Under the pieces are notes generated by a model. That model saw only the letters and a list, made by a program, of their open reading frames with translations, was not told where the DNA came from and made no database searches. A stretch of 64,000 nt of DNA from a virus (taxonomy: Duplodnaviria; Caudoviricetes). The stretch is taken from the IMG/VR virus record IMGVR_UViG_3300037067_021960, positions 7,061 through 71,060 of that record, one strand, 5' to 3'. Both the position numbers and the translations under genes were made by a program. Below are positions 19,393 to 28,421 of the stretch, piece after piece (within the stretch, counting starts at the first letter, position 1; each line of letters starts with the position of its first letter).

Positions 19393-19552
19393 GCTTCTTC
19401 CTCCTCTCCGGAAGCTTGATCGCCAAGAGCCAACGCAGAACGAGCAGGCCCAGCATGACGAAGATCGCGATGCTTGCCGCCCGTCGGGGATCGACTCCCC
19501 ACGCCATCCCGATCACGAGTGCCAGAAACCCGCACGCCAGGAGCCCCTTCAC
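19373..19552 (-). CDS. Small membrane protein (2 TM)
   Basis: Manual translation MKGLLACGFLALVIGMAWG...IAIFVMLGLLVLRWLLAIK. Confidence 0.55.
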   Translation of the reverse strand: MKGLLACGFLALVIGMAWGVDPRRAASIAIFVMLGLLVLRWLLAIKLPERRKKRADRVV

Positions 19553-20106
19553 GGCTTACCGCCTTCCCGGCTTGCTGGGTTTCGACGAGCCAGCTCCTCG
19601 TAGAATGCAACGACCTCATCCACGCTCATTCCGCTATCCCAAACGTGCAGGTCGTCGTAATCGGGATACGTCAGCAGCCAGTACACGTCGTCGAGCGTGA
19701 GCCGGTTCCAGTCCGGCTCCCTCATCCCGAGCGACACGGGGTTGGGGTCCCGGTACTTGAGGACGAACGTGCGGAGCATCTCGTAGGCATCACGCTTGCG
19801 AATCACCCGCGCTGGGTTGCCGGCAACGATCGAGTACGGCGGCACCGTCCCCGCGACGACGGCCAGCGTGCCGACGATGCACCCCTTCCCGATCTCGGCC
19901 CCGAGAAGGATCCGCGCACCGTCCCCGATGTAGCAGAAGTCGCCGATGGTGATCCGATCATGCTCGAACGGACGAGTCGGCCCATGGCGAATGATCCGGG
20001 CCCCCTCCCCGAGGACGACGTAGTCACCAATCGTCAGGTCGCCGCACGGTGTTGGGTCGATCCAGCCAGCGTCGCGGAAGAAGTCGCCGATCGTCACACT
20101 AGGCAT
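19549..20106 (-). CDS. Hexapeptide-repeat (LbH) sugar O-acetyltransferase
   Basis: IGDFCYIGDGARILLGAEIGKGCIVGTLAVV...PYSIVAGNPARVIR. Confidence 0.9.
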   Translation of the reverse strand: MPSVTIGDFFRDAGWIDPTPCGDLTIGDYVVLGEGARIIRHGPTRPFEHDRITIGDFCYIGDGARILLGAEIGKGCIVGTLAVVAGTVPPYSIVAGNPARVIRKRDAYEMLRTFVLKYRDPNPVSLGMREPDWNRLTLDDVYWLLTYPDYDDLHVWDSGMSVDEVVAFYEELARRNPASREGGKP

Positions 20107-21133
20107 GGATCGCCCTCTCGATGAACTGCGCCATGAGGCGACCCGACACCGCCGGCTGAGTGTAGTGCTCTTCGTTCCAGCGGACAGACGCAGTGAGCGG
20201 TCGTGCTTCCCGGACCGCCGCGACAACGGAGGCCACCGTCATGTCCTCATAGTTGCCCGCGTAGCATTCGCCGATCTGCAGCGTGTCAACCATCGCCTCG
20301 CACTTCGGTTGGCCAAAGAAGACAGCTCGGCCGCCGCCGCCAAGCACCGGGATCGCCATGTGGAGCCTACTCGTGATGATGAGATCAACTTCGGCCAGCC
20401 TGATCCGCAGGTCATCGAAGTCCTTGGGCCACACGAGATCGCACTCTGGGAAGAGGCGAACGAGCTTCCGATGCAGCACATGGTCGTTGTCCCAGTCAGT
20501 GGTCTCCGACCAACTCGCAGGAATGGCTATCCAGTGACCGTCGAGTGCCTCCAGCGCCTTGGCAAGCACACCAAGGACGTGGTCTTGCACGCTCTCCGAT
20601 TGCCGCGCGAGGTGCCACGAAACACAGATCGCGTGCTTCGTTCTCTGGGCCCACGCCGTTTCGAGGAACATCGGATCTGGAACAAGCCGCTCGTCTTGTC
20701 TATGCTGCGACACTGCGTACCCGGCGAACGTATCCCGCACTGTCACCGCGGCCGCTGCCTTCACGACCTTCGCACCATCCGACTCCGGCGGGATCATGTC
20801 CCACGAGCCGGCACCCCAGATGATGAACGGCTTCCCCATCGCCATGAGGTCGAGCGTCTTTGGCATCGGGTTCGGGCCGAGAACGGTCCCCGGGCCGTAG
20901 ATCCAGAGGTCGGCCTTGGCCATGAGCGCCTCGACCTTCGACCAGTTGTCGCGCGTGGCCCAGTCGGTGACGTCCTTGTGCTCCTTCTGGATGGCGGCCG
21001 CGTCCGAGCCAATGAGGTAGAACTCCGCGTCGGGGTGCGTCTGGCGAACCAGCGTCCGGACCGCGAGGGCGCTGCGCTCGTCACCGTAGTTTCTTGTTCC
21101 CAGACACCCATGCTGGAGGATTCGGAGGGTCAT
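20099..21133 (-). CDS. Polysaccharide pyruvyl transferase family (CsaB/WcaK-like)
   Basis: GTRNYGDE, VTVRD, VPDPMF, ITSRLHMAI. Confidence 0.88.
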   Translation of the reverse strand: MTLRILQHGCLGTRNYGDERSALAVRTLVRQTHPDAEFYLIGSDAAAIQKEHKDVTDWATRDNWSKVEALMAKADLWIYGPGTVLGPNPMPKTLDLMAMGKPFIIWGAGSWDMIPPESDGAKVVKAAAAVTVRDTFAGYAVSQHRQDERLVPDPMFLETAWAQRTKHAICVSWHLARQSESVQDHVLGVLAKALEALDGHWIAIPASWSETTDWDNDHVLHRKLVRLFPECDLVWPKDFDDLRIRLAEVDLIITSRLHMAIPVLGGGGRAVFFGQPKCEAMVDTLQIGECYAGNYEDMTVASVVAAVREARPLTASVRWNEEHYTQPAVSGRLMAQFIERAIHA

Positions 21134-21327
21134 CTTCCATCAGCCCACAACGCGAACACGATGAACACGAACGGACCGCACAGCAATCCCGTTCTCATCA
21201 CTCGCACCTCGGTCCTGTCATCCTGCACTCCCAGCCGCCTAAGCACCTCGCACCACCGCAGCGCAGGAAAGAACCCACACACGACCCACATGCACACAGC
21301 GAACCCCGCCCATCCCCACAACGGCAT
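21130..21327 (-). CDS. Small membrane protein
   Basis: Two hydrophobic stretches; coupled to its neighbours. Confidence 0.55.
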   Translation of the reverse strand: MPLWGWAGFAVCMWVVCGFFPALRWCEVLRRLGVQDDRTEVRVMRTGLLCGPFVFIVFALWADGR

Positions 21328-22383
21328 CTAACTCACCGCCTTGCGGAAGTCGTCCACCCAGCAGGCGACCGTCGCCGACCAGGTATGGTTCTCCTTCATG
21401 AAGCGAATCGCCCCGTCGCGCATCGTGCGCGGCGCAACGGGCTCGTTGAGGTACCACTCGACAGCGGCTCTGTACTCAAGCCCATCGTCCTTGGGAACGA
21501 TCGTTCCCAGACCCGTCGCCTTGACGAGCTCGTCGCCGCCGGTCGCACCGTCCATGACAACGGGGACTCCGCAGGCGAGGTAGTCCCACAGCTTGCAGTT
21601 GTTCACGAGCCGCGCCTCGCCCGCTGTGCCGGAGTCAAGGGCCACGTCGGCGTAGTACAAGTAGTGCTGGAACGTCCCGTGTGGCATCCGGCCGAGGAAG
21701 CGCACGTTCGGGATCTGCGCAAGATCGTGCTCAATCTGCTCGTGCCCGGGCTCGACGTTGGCGATGACCCACACGGTCGCGTACGGGAACGCTGCGGCCA
21801 CCTCCCGGATCCACTGATAGACCCGGTGTGTGGCCGTGAGGCGCCCGGCGTAGACGATGTTCTTGGTCCCCGGCTCATACGGGTTCGGCTTCACCGGCGG
21901 GAACGTCCACCAGTCGGGGACACCCCACTCGGCAACCCACATTCGAGAGAACAAGCTCGGAAGTTGCTTCGGATCCTCTGTCGGCCCGAAGAGATCATGA
22001 GTGAACTTCTCGAACGCTTTACGCCGCGTGAAGCAGATCCCGCGGTACATCGAGAGGAGTTCGCTCCGCGAATGGCGCCGCCCAGGTGAGTCGCTGTGGA
22101 GCAAGAGCACGGCCGGCTTCTTGAAGTCCCACAAGCCGTTCTCCTCCACGTACTCAGCGAGGTTCCACTCGGACACGAACATCACGTCGGCCGTGTCGAA
22201 CGGCTCACGATCACGAAACCCCTTGAACGGGTACGCATCGAAGCCATGCTGCGAGAGCGCGGCCGCAATCCCATAGGTCGAGCCGCAGATCGAGTGTGCG
22301 TACCAGCGATCGCGGGTCCCCATCTCCTCGCTCGGCGGCCCCTCTGGATGAAGACCGCCCACCACAACTACTCTTTGGGACAC
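21328..22383 (-). CDS. Glycosyltransferase, GT-B (GT4-like)
   Basis: VYAGRL, FLGRMP, ADVAL, CKLWDYLACGVPVV. Confidence 0.88.
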   Translation of the reverse strand: MSQRVVVVGGLHPEGPPSEEMGTRDRWYAHSICGSTYGIAAALSQHGFDAYPFKGFRDREPFDTADVMFVSEWNLAEYVEENGLWDFKKPAVLLLHSDSPGRRHSRSELLSMYRGICFTRRKAFEKFTHDLFGPTEDPKQLPSLFSRMWVAEWGVPDWWTFPPVKPNPYEPGTKNIVYAGRLTATHRVYQWIREVAAAFPYATVWVIANVEPGHEQIEHDLAQIPNVRFLGRMPHGTFQHYLYYADVALDSGTAGEARLVNNCKLWDYLACGVPVVMDGATGGDELVKATGLGTIVPKDDGLEYRAAVEWYLNEPVAPRTMRDGAIRFMKENHTWSATVACWVDDFRKAVS

Positions 22384-23126
22384 GAGAACACCCCCTGGAA
22401 GTGGTTGTGCAGCCGTACGAGCTCCGCAGGGATCACCAACGCGTTCTTCTCCCCCTCGTCGACCTCCAGAGGCGCCAGCATCCCCGCCACGGCACCGAGG
22501 AGAACGTAGAGGTTCGCCTCGTTCGGATCTCTGATGAGCCGCTGCAAGAACTCAGCCGCGTACGGCCGCACCCAGTCAATGCCCTCGCTCTTGCGTGCTC
22601 TCCGAAACAGCGTCCGGTAGCGCTCATAGCACGCCTGCGGGCTCTGCGTGGCCTTGTGGACACCTGCCACACCGATGTCCTTACCGATGCGCGCCACAGT
22701 GTGGTAACCATCCGCCTCAGCCCGCCGGAACTGGTCGGTCTCACAGCCTTGCACGGCACGGAACGGGTACTTCTTCGCGATCTCGTGCCGAACGATCCGC
22801 ACGCCGAGGATGTCACGTCCAAGGTGCTCGTCGTGGAGCGAGATCAGCGCCTGGTAAACGCTTGGTGGCTGGCTCTCGATAGTACGATAGAGCCGCTGCA
22901 CGGCGTCCTGGTAGAGGACCATGTCCGCGTCGACCTGGATAAAGTACGGCGTCGTGCAGCGATCGAGCATCGCCTGTAGTGCCCGATCCATCGGCGCCAC
23001 GTTCTCGATCCGCTCGATCTTCACCCGGTGCGTCTGTCGCTCGAGGGCCACAATGCACTCAAGCGTCGTCGGCTCACCGACGGTGAGCACGAACGCCGTC
23101 ACTTTGTCTCGCAGATCCTCAGACAT
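22368..23126 (-). CDS. Glycosyltransferase, GT-A (GT2-like)
   Basis: CTTPYFIQVDADMVL (DxD). Confidence 0.78.
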   Translation of the reverse strand: MSEDLRDKVTAFVLTVGEPTTLECIVALERQTHRVKIERIENVAPMDRALQAMLDRCTTPYFIQVDADMVLYQDAVQRLYRTIESQPPSVYQALISLHDEHLGRDILGVRIVRHEIAKKYPFRAVQGCETDQFRRAEADGYHTVARIGKDIGVAGVHKATQSPQACYERYRTLFRRARKSEGIDWVRPYAAEFLQRLIRDPNEANLYVLLGAVAGMLAPLEVDEGEKNALVIPAELVRLHNHFQGVFSCPKE

Positions 23127-24208
23127 CAGGCCACCCCCAGTCGGCGCGCACCTTCGCGCAGGAACTCAAGCCATGCACCCACCGCATTCGGCCACTGGTA
23201 CGGCCGCGCCAGCTCCGCAATGTGCAGGCCCATGACGTTGAGCGTGGCTTCATCGCAGGCAAGAACCGTGAGCGCATTCCGCAACTCCATTGGAGACTGG
23301 TCAATGAGGAACCCTGAGTGTCCCGAGACGACGATCTCCGACGTGATCCCGACGCGTGTTGAGACGACCGGAACACCGCACAGCGAGCATTCGACCGCTG
23401 GCGTCGGCAGTCCCTCGTGGTCGCTCATGCAGACGTAGACGTCGATGTCGTTACGGTAGTAGTCGGCGATCTCGGCCCGCGTGCGGGGAATCGCGTTTCC
23501 CACCCCACGCCAGAGCACCGGCCGCAGGCTGACGTTCGGAAGGCCTGACACGCCCTCCTCGACGAGGGCGTACCGCTTGAACGGCTTCTGCGGGTTGCCG
23601 ACCCAGCCCACGCGGAGGACTCGGCGCGTACCTCGCCCGTCCTGCACTAGCTCGACAGTCTTTCCCCTCGCTGCGACGTCCTTGTTGACAAGCACGCCTG
23701 GCGGATTCCACGGTGGGTAGAACATCGCCGGATCCCCCGCCACGCTCACCCGAAAGACGTCGCCGCCCCGTGCCGGGCCCCACACGGCCATGAGTGGAGG
23801 GCAGATCGTCGACAGCGCTGTGGCCGCAAGCCCGGCGTCGCGGAAGTTGCTCCAGTAGAGCGAGAACGGAATCGGCTGGTCGACCTTGGCCTCAACCGGG
23901 GCCATGTGGACGGTCGTGATGTACGGCAGTCCAAGCGGCCGGATGTGGATCGCTTCGTACAGACAGAACGGCCACAGGACATCGTACGTGCTGAGCCGTT
24001 CCTTCACCCGGCGCGTTGGCACGCCACGCAACTCCTCGTGCCAAGCAATGACGTCGATGTCGAACTCACAGTCACCGAACCACCGCACAAGGTCGTTCGC
24101 GATATGCTCGAGCGCCCAGCCCCGCACATCAACGATGATCGCGACCGTGATCTTTCCTGCGGTCTTGGTCGTCTCTCCCCCCACCAAGCCGTCACCTCCC
24201 CGGTTCAC
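23126..24208 (-). CDS. Glycosyltransferase, GT-B (GT4-like)
   Basis: GWVGN...KR, DVYVCMSDHEGLPTPAVECSLCGVPVVSTRVG. Confidence 0.9.
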   Translation of the reverse strand: MNRGGDGLVGGETTKTAGKITVAIIVDVRGWALEHIANDLVRWFGDCEFDIDVIAWHEELRGVPTRRVKERLSTYDVLWPFCLYEAIHIRPLGLPYITTVHMAPVEAKVDQPIPFSLYWSNFRDAGLAATALSTICPPLMAVWGPARGGDVFRVSVAGDPAMFYPPWNPPGVLVNKDVAARGKTVELVQDGRGTRRVLRVGWVGNPQKPFKRYALVEEGVSGLPNVSLRPVLWRGVGNAIPRTRAEIADYYRNDIDVYVCMSDHEGLPTPAVECSLCGVPVVSTRVGITSEIVVSGHSGFLIDQSPMELRNALTVLACDEATLNVMGLHIAELARPYQWPNAVGAWLEFLREGARRLGVA

Positions 24209-24214
24209 TCGCGT

Positions 24215-25660
24215 CTACCCCTCCGTCGGTGCCTCCAGGAACAGGTCCTCCATGAGCGGCAGGCTCGTCAGATCGCCGCCGAGGAGCTTCTGAATCATGT
24301 CGTCCTTCACACCGACGTCGACGAAATTGAGGAGCGCCGTCGAGATCGAAAGGAGCGCCTGGCCGCGCTGCTGCATCGCCTGCGTGCGCTTCACCTCGAG
24401 GTCCTCCTGCTCAAGCCGCGTCAGCGTCTCCGCCGGGTTGAACACGAGCCGGAACCGCAGATCCTCTCTCCAGCCCTTCTCGGCACGCAGCGTGTCCGTG
24501 GCGAGCACCATCTGCACAAGGCGCCGTAGCGGCTGGCGGAGGTACGCCTCCTGGCGTGCGTTGATGTAGTCGTAGTACCGCCGCAGGTCGCTCATCGCGC
24601 TCGCGAGCTCGCCGCTCTGGGCACCGATGAGCCGCGAGCGGTTGATGCGCGTCGCCGCACCGAGGACATCCCACACCCAGTCGACGAACCAGCCGAGATC
24701 GCCAGGAGAGTTCGACCCTGTCTCCATCTTCTCGTCCTGGTCGAGGACGACAACCGAGAGAGAGTTGAACTTGGCCTCGATCTCGTCCATCCACGACAAG
24801 CGCTCGGAGAGGTTGTCGGTCAGGAAGCGGCTCGTGACCTTGCGGGTCGCCATGTTGAACGCCGTCTGGCCGAGCGACCAGATCGTGTTCTCGATCAGCT
24901 GCGCGACCGTCCAGAAACGACAGTAGAACGACATCCCCATCCGCGAGCCGACACGTGGCCGCGTGAGGAAGAAGAGCGCTCGCGACGCGTCGAGGTTCAC
25001 TTCCTCGCCGGAGAGTCGCTTGATCGTGAATGCCTGCGGCTTGCCGTAGGTCAGCGACTCCTCATTCGTGTCGAGGATCACGTCGGAGAACCGCGCATCG
25101 CGCGGGATGGGCTCGATGTAGCGAATCTCCTTGACGTTCTCGATCTCGAGCGGCTTCGCCGGATCCGGCTTGCCCTTGCGCTGCACGACTCCGATCGCCG
25201 CTAGGCCGACGCCGTAGACAATCTCGTGGCACAACGAGGTCTGGAGATAGTCCTTGTACCCGAGATTCTCCATGTACAACTGCACTGTGCGCGACAGCGT
25301 CTTCAGATACGGATTCTCTTCGTCGTCTTCGAAAGCGACGGACACGCCAGACTTGAGCATGTCCTCGCTCATGATGTCGGCGACGTGGCCGCAGATGAAC
25401 ACACCCTCGTAGAGGGCCGTCTGGGATACCGGATCATGGAGCCACTCGGGTACACCCAGTGGGCGCTGTTTGGCGAGCGGATCGCGGGCCCCCATCTGCG
25501 TGCCGCTGGGAACGAAGACCCCCGCGTCCGTGCGTGCAACACGGCCTTCCTTCTCGAGGCGCGCTGACTGCTGCACCAGCTCCGCGGCGCCCGGCCGTCG
25601 TCTCTCTCCGTCCGTCACGCTCGCTCCTTCGTCAGACCGCGGAAGTAGAGATCGATCCAC
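24215..25660 (-). CDS. Portal protein (DUF1073-like); real start probably GTG at 25618
   Basis: Follows TerL; RLIGAQSGELASAMSDLRRYYDYINARQEAYLRQPL motif. Confidence 0.85.
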   Translation of the reverse strand: MDRSLLPRSDEGASVTDGERRRPGAAELVQQSARLEKEGRVARTDAGVFVPSGTQMGARDPLAKQRPLGVPEWLHDPVSQTALYEGVFICGHVADIMSEDMLKSGVSVAFEDDEENPYLKTLSRTVQLYMENLGYKDYLQTSLCHEIVYGVGLAAIGVVQRKGKPDPAKPLEIENVKEIRYIEPIPRDARFSDVILDTNEESLTYGKPQAFTIKRLSGEEVNLDASRALFFLTRPRVGSRMGMSFYCRFWTVAQLIENTIWSLGQTAFNMATRKVTSRFLTDNLSERLSWMDEIEAKFNSLSVVVLDQDEKMETGSNSPGDLGWFVDWVWDVLGAATRINRSRLIGAQSGELASAMSDLRRYYDYINARQEAYLRQPLRRLVQMVLATDTLRAEKGWREDLRFRLVFNPAETLTRLEQEDLEVKRTQAMQQRGQALLSISTALLNFVDVGVKDDMIQKLLGGDLTSLPLMEDLFLEAPTEG

Positions 25661-27096
25661 CCTCGCGATCGCCCCACGGTCTTGGCGGCGAAGACGGCCA
25701 GCGCGTTAGACCAGAACGAGTCTCCGTGGCCATGCGGCGTCTCCATCGCATCAAGTGCCCCATCCACGGCGAGGATCTGCTCCAGTTGACGGTCGTATCC
25801 GTCATCGCCTGTCTCATCCAACAGATGCAGCCGGCGGTTCGTGACCTCGATGTCGAGGTCCGTTGCGATCTTCCACTCGTTTCGGCTCGACAGAACGACG
25901 GGAACCATCTGGCTCGGCAGCTCGCTCCGCTCCGCGAGCGCCTCGAGCTCGCCGCGGGTGTTGTCATAGGCGAACGAGCGGATGTGGTACTTCGCGATCA
26001 GGCGCTTCACGAGCTCGAGCTGCTGGCTGTACTCCCAACCGTCCATCCAGATCGACCGCCGCTGCCACTCGTGACCGTTGGGCAGACGCCGCAAGACCGA
26101 GATGTGCGCCGGGTGCCGCTTCTTGCCGAGGTCCCAGCCGCCGACGACGAAGCCGCCAAACTCGGGGTAGCCGTCCGACTTCGGCGTCACGATCAGCCCG
26201 TTGAAGTCCGAGCGCTGGAAGAACCCCTCCACCGAGCGCGCCGGCTTGCACAGCATCTCCTTGGCAAAGGCGATCCGCCCCATCGCCTGCAGATCCTCCG
26301 CCAACACCTCCGAGGTCAGCACCTCGGGCCAGAGGAGCCGTCCGCCCTCGTCCACCGCCGGGTAGATCTGCCAGTCGCACTTTGGATTCTCCCGCACGTG
26401 GAAGAGGAGGTCCGTCTCGTCCTGCGGCGTGCCCGCGATGTGAATCTCCGAGCGACCGACCTTCGCGATCTTGCGGATCTCCTGCTGGAAGATGCGCGTG
26501 ATCTTGGCGATCTGACTGACGTCGAGCGGCTTGCGCGGGTCGGTGAGAACGTCGTCGAGGAGAAGCACGTCAGCACGGAGGCCGCGCTTGAACGCCATCA
26601 TGCCCACCGGCTGGCAGGACAGCCGCTTTCCCGTTCGGCGGTCCATGTAGCGCAGCACCGTCTTCCCGGCACGCAGAGGGACGATCCCACGCATCAGGTA
26701 GAGCGGGTTCGTGTCGATATACTGCTTCGCCTTCTCCGTGTGCTGGCCGGCGAACTTCTGAATGTAGCTGAAGTAGAGCGCCTCGATGTTCCGGCCGAGC
26801 ACGGGAAGCTGCCACACGCAGTAGGCGAGGTACGCGCGGAAGAGCGTCGACTTGAGCGACCCACGCGGCGCGATCGTGCAGGTGAGAGTCGACCGTGGCA
26901 AGCGGCGGCACCACTCGTGATGGTGGGCACCCATCCCGAACACGCCCTCCTCCTCCATGTAGCCGATGCTGAAGACGTGCTCGTAGAACTCCTCGAACGT
27001 CAGGTCGTCGCACGATGCCAGAGCCTGAAGCGCCGCGTGCTCCTCGGCGGTGGCCACCCGATGCCCGCGCTCAGCCGCTGCTACGCCCGTCGGCAT
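25615..27096 (-). CDS. terL: Terminase large subunit
   Basis: APRGSLKST (Walker A), GLRADVLLLDD (Walker B), GWDLG and HGDSFWSNALA (nuclease). Confidence 0.9.
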   Translation of the reverse strand: MPTGVAAAERGHRVATAEEHAALQALASCDDLTFEEFYEHVFSIGYMEEEGVFGMGAHHHEWCRRLPRSTLTCTIAPRGSLKSTLFRAYLAYCVWQLPVLGRNIEALYFSYIQKFAGQHTEKAKQYIDTNPLYLMRGIVPLRAGKTVLRYMDRRTGKRLSCQPVGMMAFKRGLRADVLLLDDVLTDPRKPLDVSQIAKITRIFQQEIRKIAKVGRSEIHIAGTPQDETDLLFHVRENPKCDWQIYPAVDEGGRLLWPEVLTSEVLAEDLQAMGRIAFAKEMLCKPARSVEGFFQRSDFNGLIVTPKSDGYPEFGGFVVGGWDLGKKRHPAHISVLRRLPNGHEWQRRSIWMDGWEYSQQLELVKRLIAKYHIRSFAYDNTRGELEALAERSELPSQMVPVVLSSRNEWKIATDLDIEVTNRRLHLLDETGDDGYDRQLEQILAVDGALDAMETPHGHGDSFWSNALAVFAAKTVGRSRGWIDLYFRGLTKERA

Positions 27097-27175
27097 CCCG
27101 CTCCCTTCGCGCCAGGGCAGCCACTACCGCAAGGCGGTAAACCAGCAAGACGCCAATCACGGCACGAGGCATCAG

Positions 27176-27691
27176 TCACCACCGCTCCGCACGGATGAGG
27201 ATCTGCTTGCCCCAGTTGCCGACGACCTTGACGTACGTGAACCCGGCACGTGAGAAGAGGTCGAGTAGCTGCGGCGTCGTGTAGGCATTCACCCAGTTGT
27301 TCTCCCCCCGGACGGCAGGATTCGCCAGACGCCCCTCAGCCGGCGCGTACGACGCGAGGATCGTCGTCACCGCGTTCGACAGCTTGCCCAATAGCCGCGG
27401 CAAGTCTTCGACGTACTCGAGCACTCCGCCGAACACAGCCACGTCGTGTGGCGGAAAGTCCGGCAGCGTCTTGGCGTTGAGGTCGCAGACGAACGTACCT
27501 GAGCCACGGTCGTACACGTCCGACGGCGTGTACATGCACCCACGCGGCACCCGCTCGCGCAACGCCATCGTCCACGCCCCGAACTCAATTACCGAGCGCG
27601 CGTCGGGTTCGATCAGCGCGGCCAAGAGCTCTGTCCTCGCGTCCCATTCCGGAACAGGCCGCGGCCGCTGCCACCGTTTCGTATCGCTCAA
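27176..27691 (-). CDS. Class I SAM-dependent methyltransferase-like protein
   Basis: SVIEFGA, YTPSD, CDLN, DVAVFGGVLEY. Confidence 0.75.
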   Translation of the reverse strand: MSDTKRWQRPRPVPEWDARTELLAALIEPDARSVIEFGAWTMALRERVPRGCMYTPSDVYDRGSGTFVCDLNAKTLPDFPPHDVAVFGGVLEYVEDLPRLLGKLSNAVTTILASYAPAEGRLANPAVRGENNWVNAYTTPQLLDLFSRAGFTYVKVVGNWGKQILIRAERW

Positions 27692-27906
27692 TGTCTCACA
27701 ACCTTTGCCACCAATTCCTTTCTGCGATTCCTCCGGATCTGAGCTGTCGAACGCTTATTCCTCCGTGCTCGCAGTTCAACAACACCATCGACAACCCGAA
27801 AGTCGATCTCGTGAACAAGGCCGCAGTCGCAGCACATCATTCGATAGCTCGACATCACCGGGCGCACCCACTCGTCATCCACGACCACTGGGTAGAGCCT
27901 GCTCAC
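27688..27906 (-). CDS. Small phage protein
   Basis: CCDCGLVH motif. Confidence 0.7.
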   Translation of the reverse strand: MSRLYPVVVDDEWVRPVMSSYRMMCCDCGLVHEIDFRVVDGVVELRARRNKRSTAQIRRNRRKELVAKVVRH

Positions 27907-28421
27907 CCTTTCACCCCGCTCGTTGGCTCAATGATCAACAGGACGATGGAAAACGGAGGTCGCTCGTTCGGTCCGACTTCGGTACTACCAGGTTTGATGA
28001 AGCGCCACCGACCTCGTTGAAACTCGGTGTGTAGGCGAGATCCGTCCCTGTCCCTGATCGGCTCGACCAGCTCTTGCCACCAGTCCTGTTCCGTGCGGTT
28101 GGCCGGAAGCAGCATGACGATCAAGTCCGCATCCGTCTCTCTCAGGGCCTTCTCGACCCACGGCCGAATACTCGAGTACGGCGGGTTCACGTAGACTCTC
28201 TCACCGCTCCAGCTCTGCGATAGCCCATTGACATCTACTGACCAGTACCGTGGCAGGCGTGCATTCACGGCGGACGCTGCCGCGTCGACCGTAAAGCCGA
28301 ATCTCTGTTGGAGCGTCGCAAACAGGTCGTCTGGTAGCGTCCGATCGTCGGGGTCAACGTAGTTAGAGAACAGCTCTGGATATCCCGGTCGTGTCTGCCT
28401 ACAGTACCGATGAAGCGTCAC
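27903..28421 (-). CDS. Phage Dam-type N6-adenine DNA methyltransferase
   Basis: FTVDAAAS..NA, VYVNPPYS, MLLPANRT. Confidence 0.9.
   Translation of the reverse strand: MTLHRYCRQTRPGYPELFSNYVDPDDRTLPDDLFATLQQRFGFTVDAAASAVNARLPRYWSVDVNGLSQSWSGERVYVNPPYSSIRPWVEKALRETDADLIVMLLPANRTEQDWWQELVEPIRDRDGSRLHTEFQRGRWRFIKPGSTEVGPNERPPFSIVLLIIEPTSGVKG

Noticed and set aside
27127-27141. TACCGC-AAG-GCGGTA hairpin before terL
   Set aside because: Short, no U-tract, no second copy
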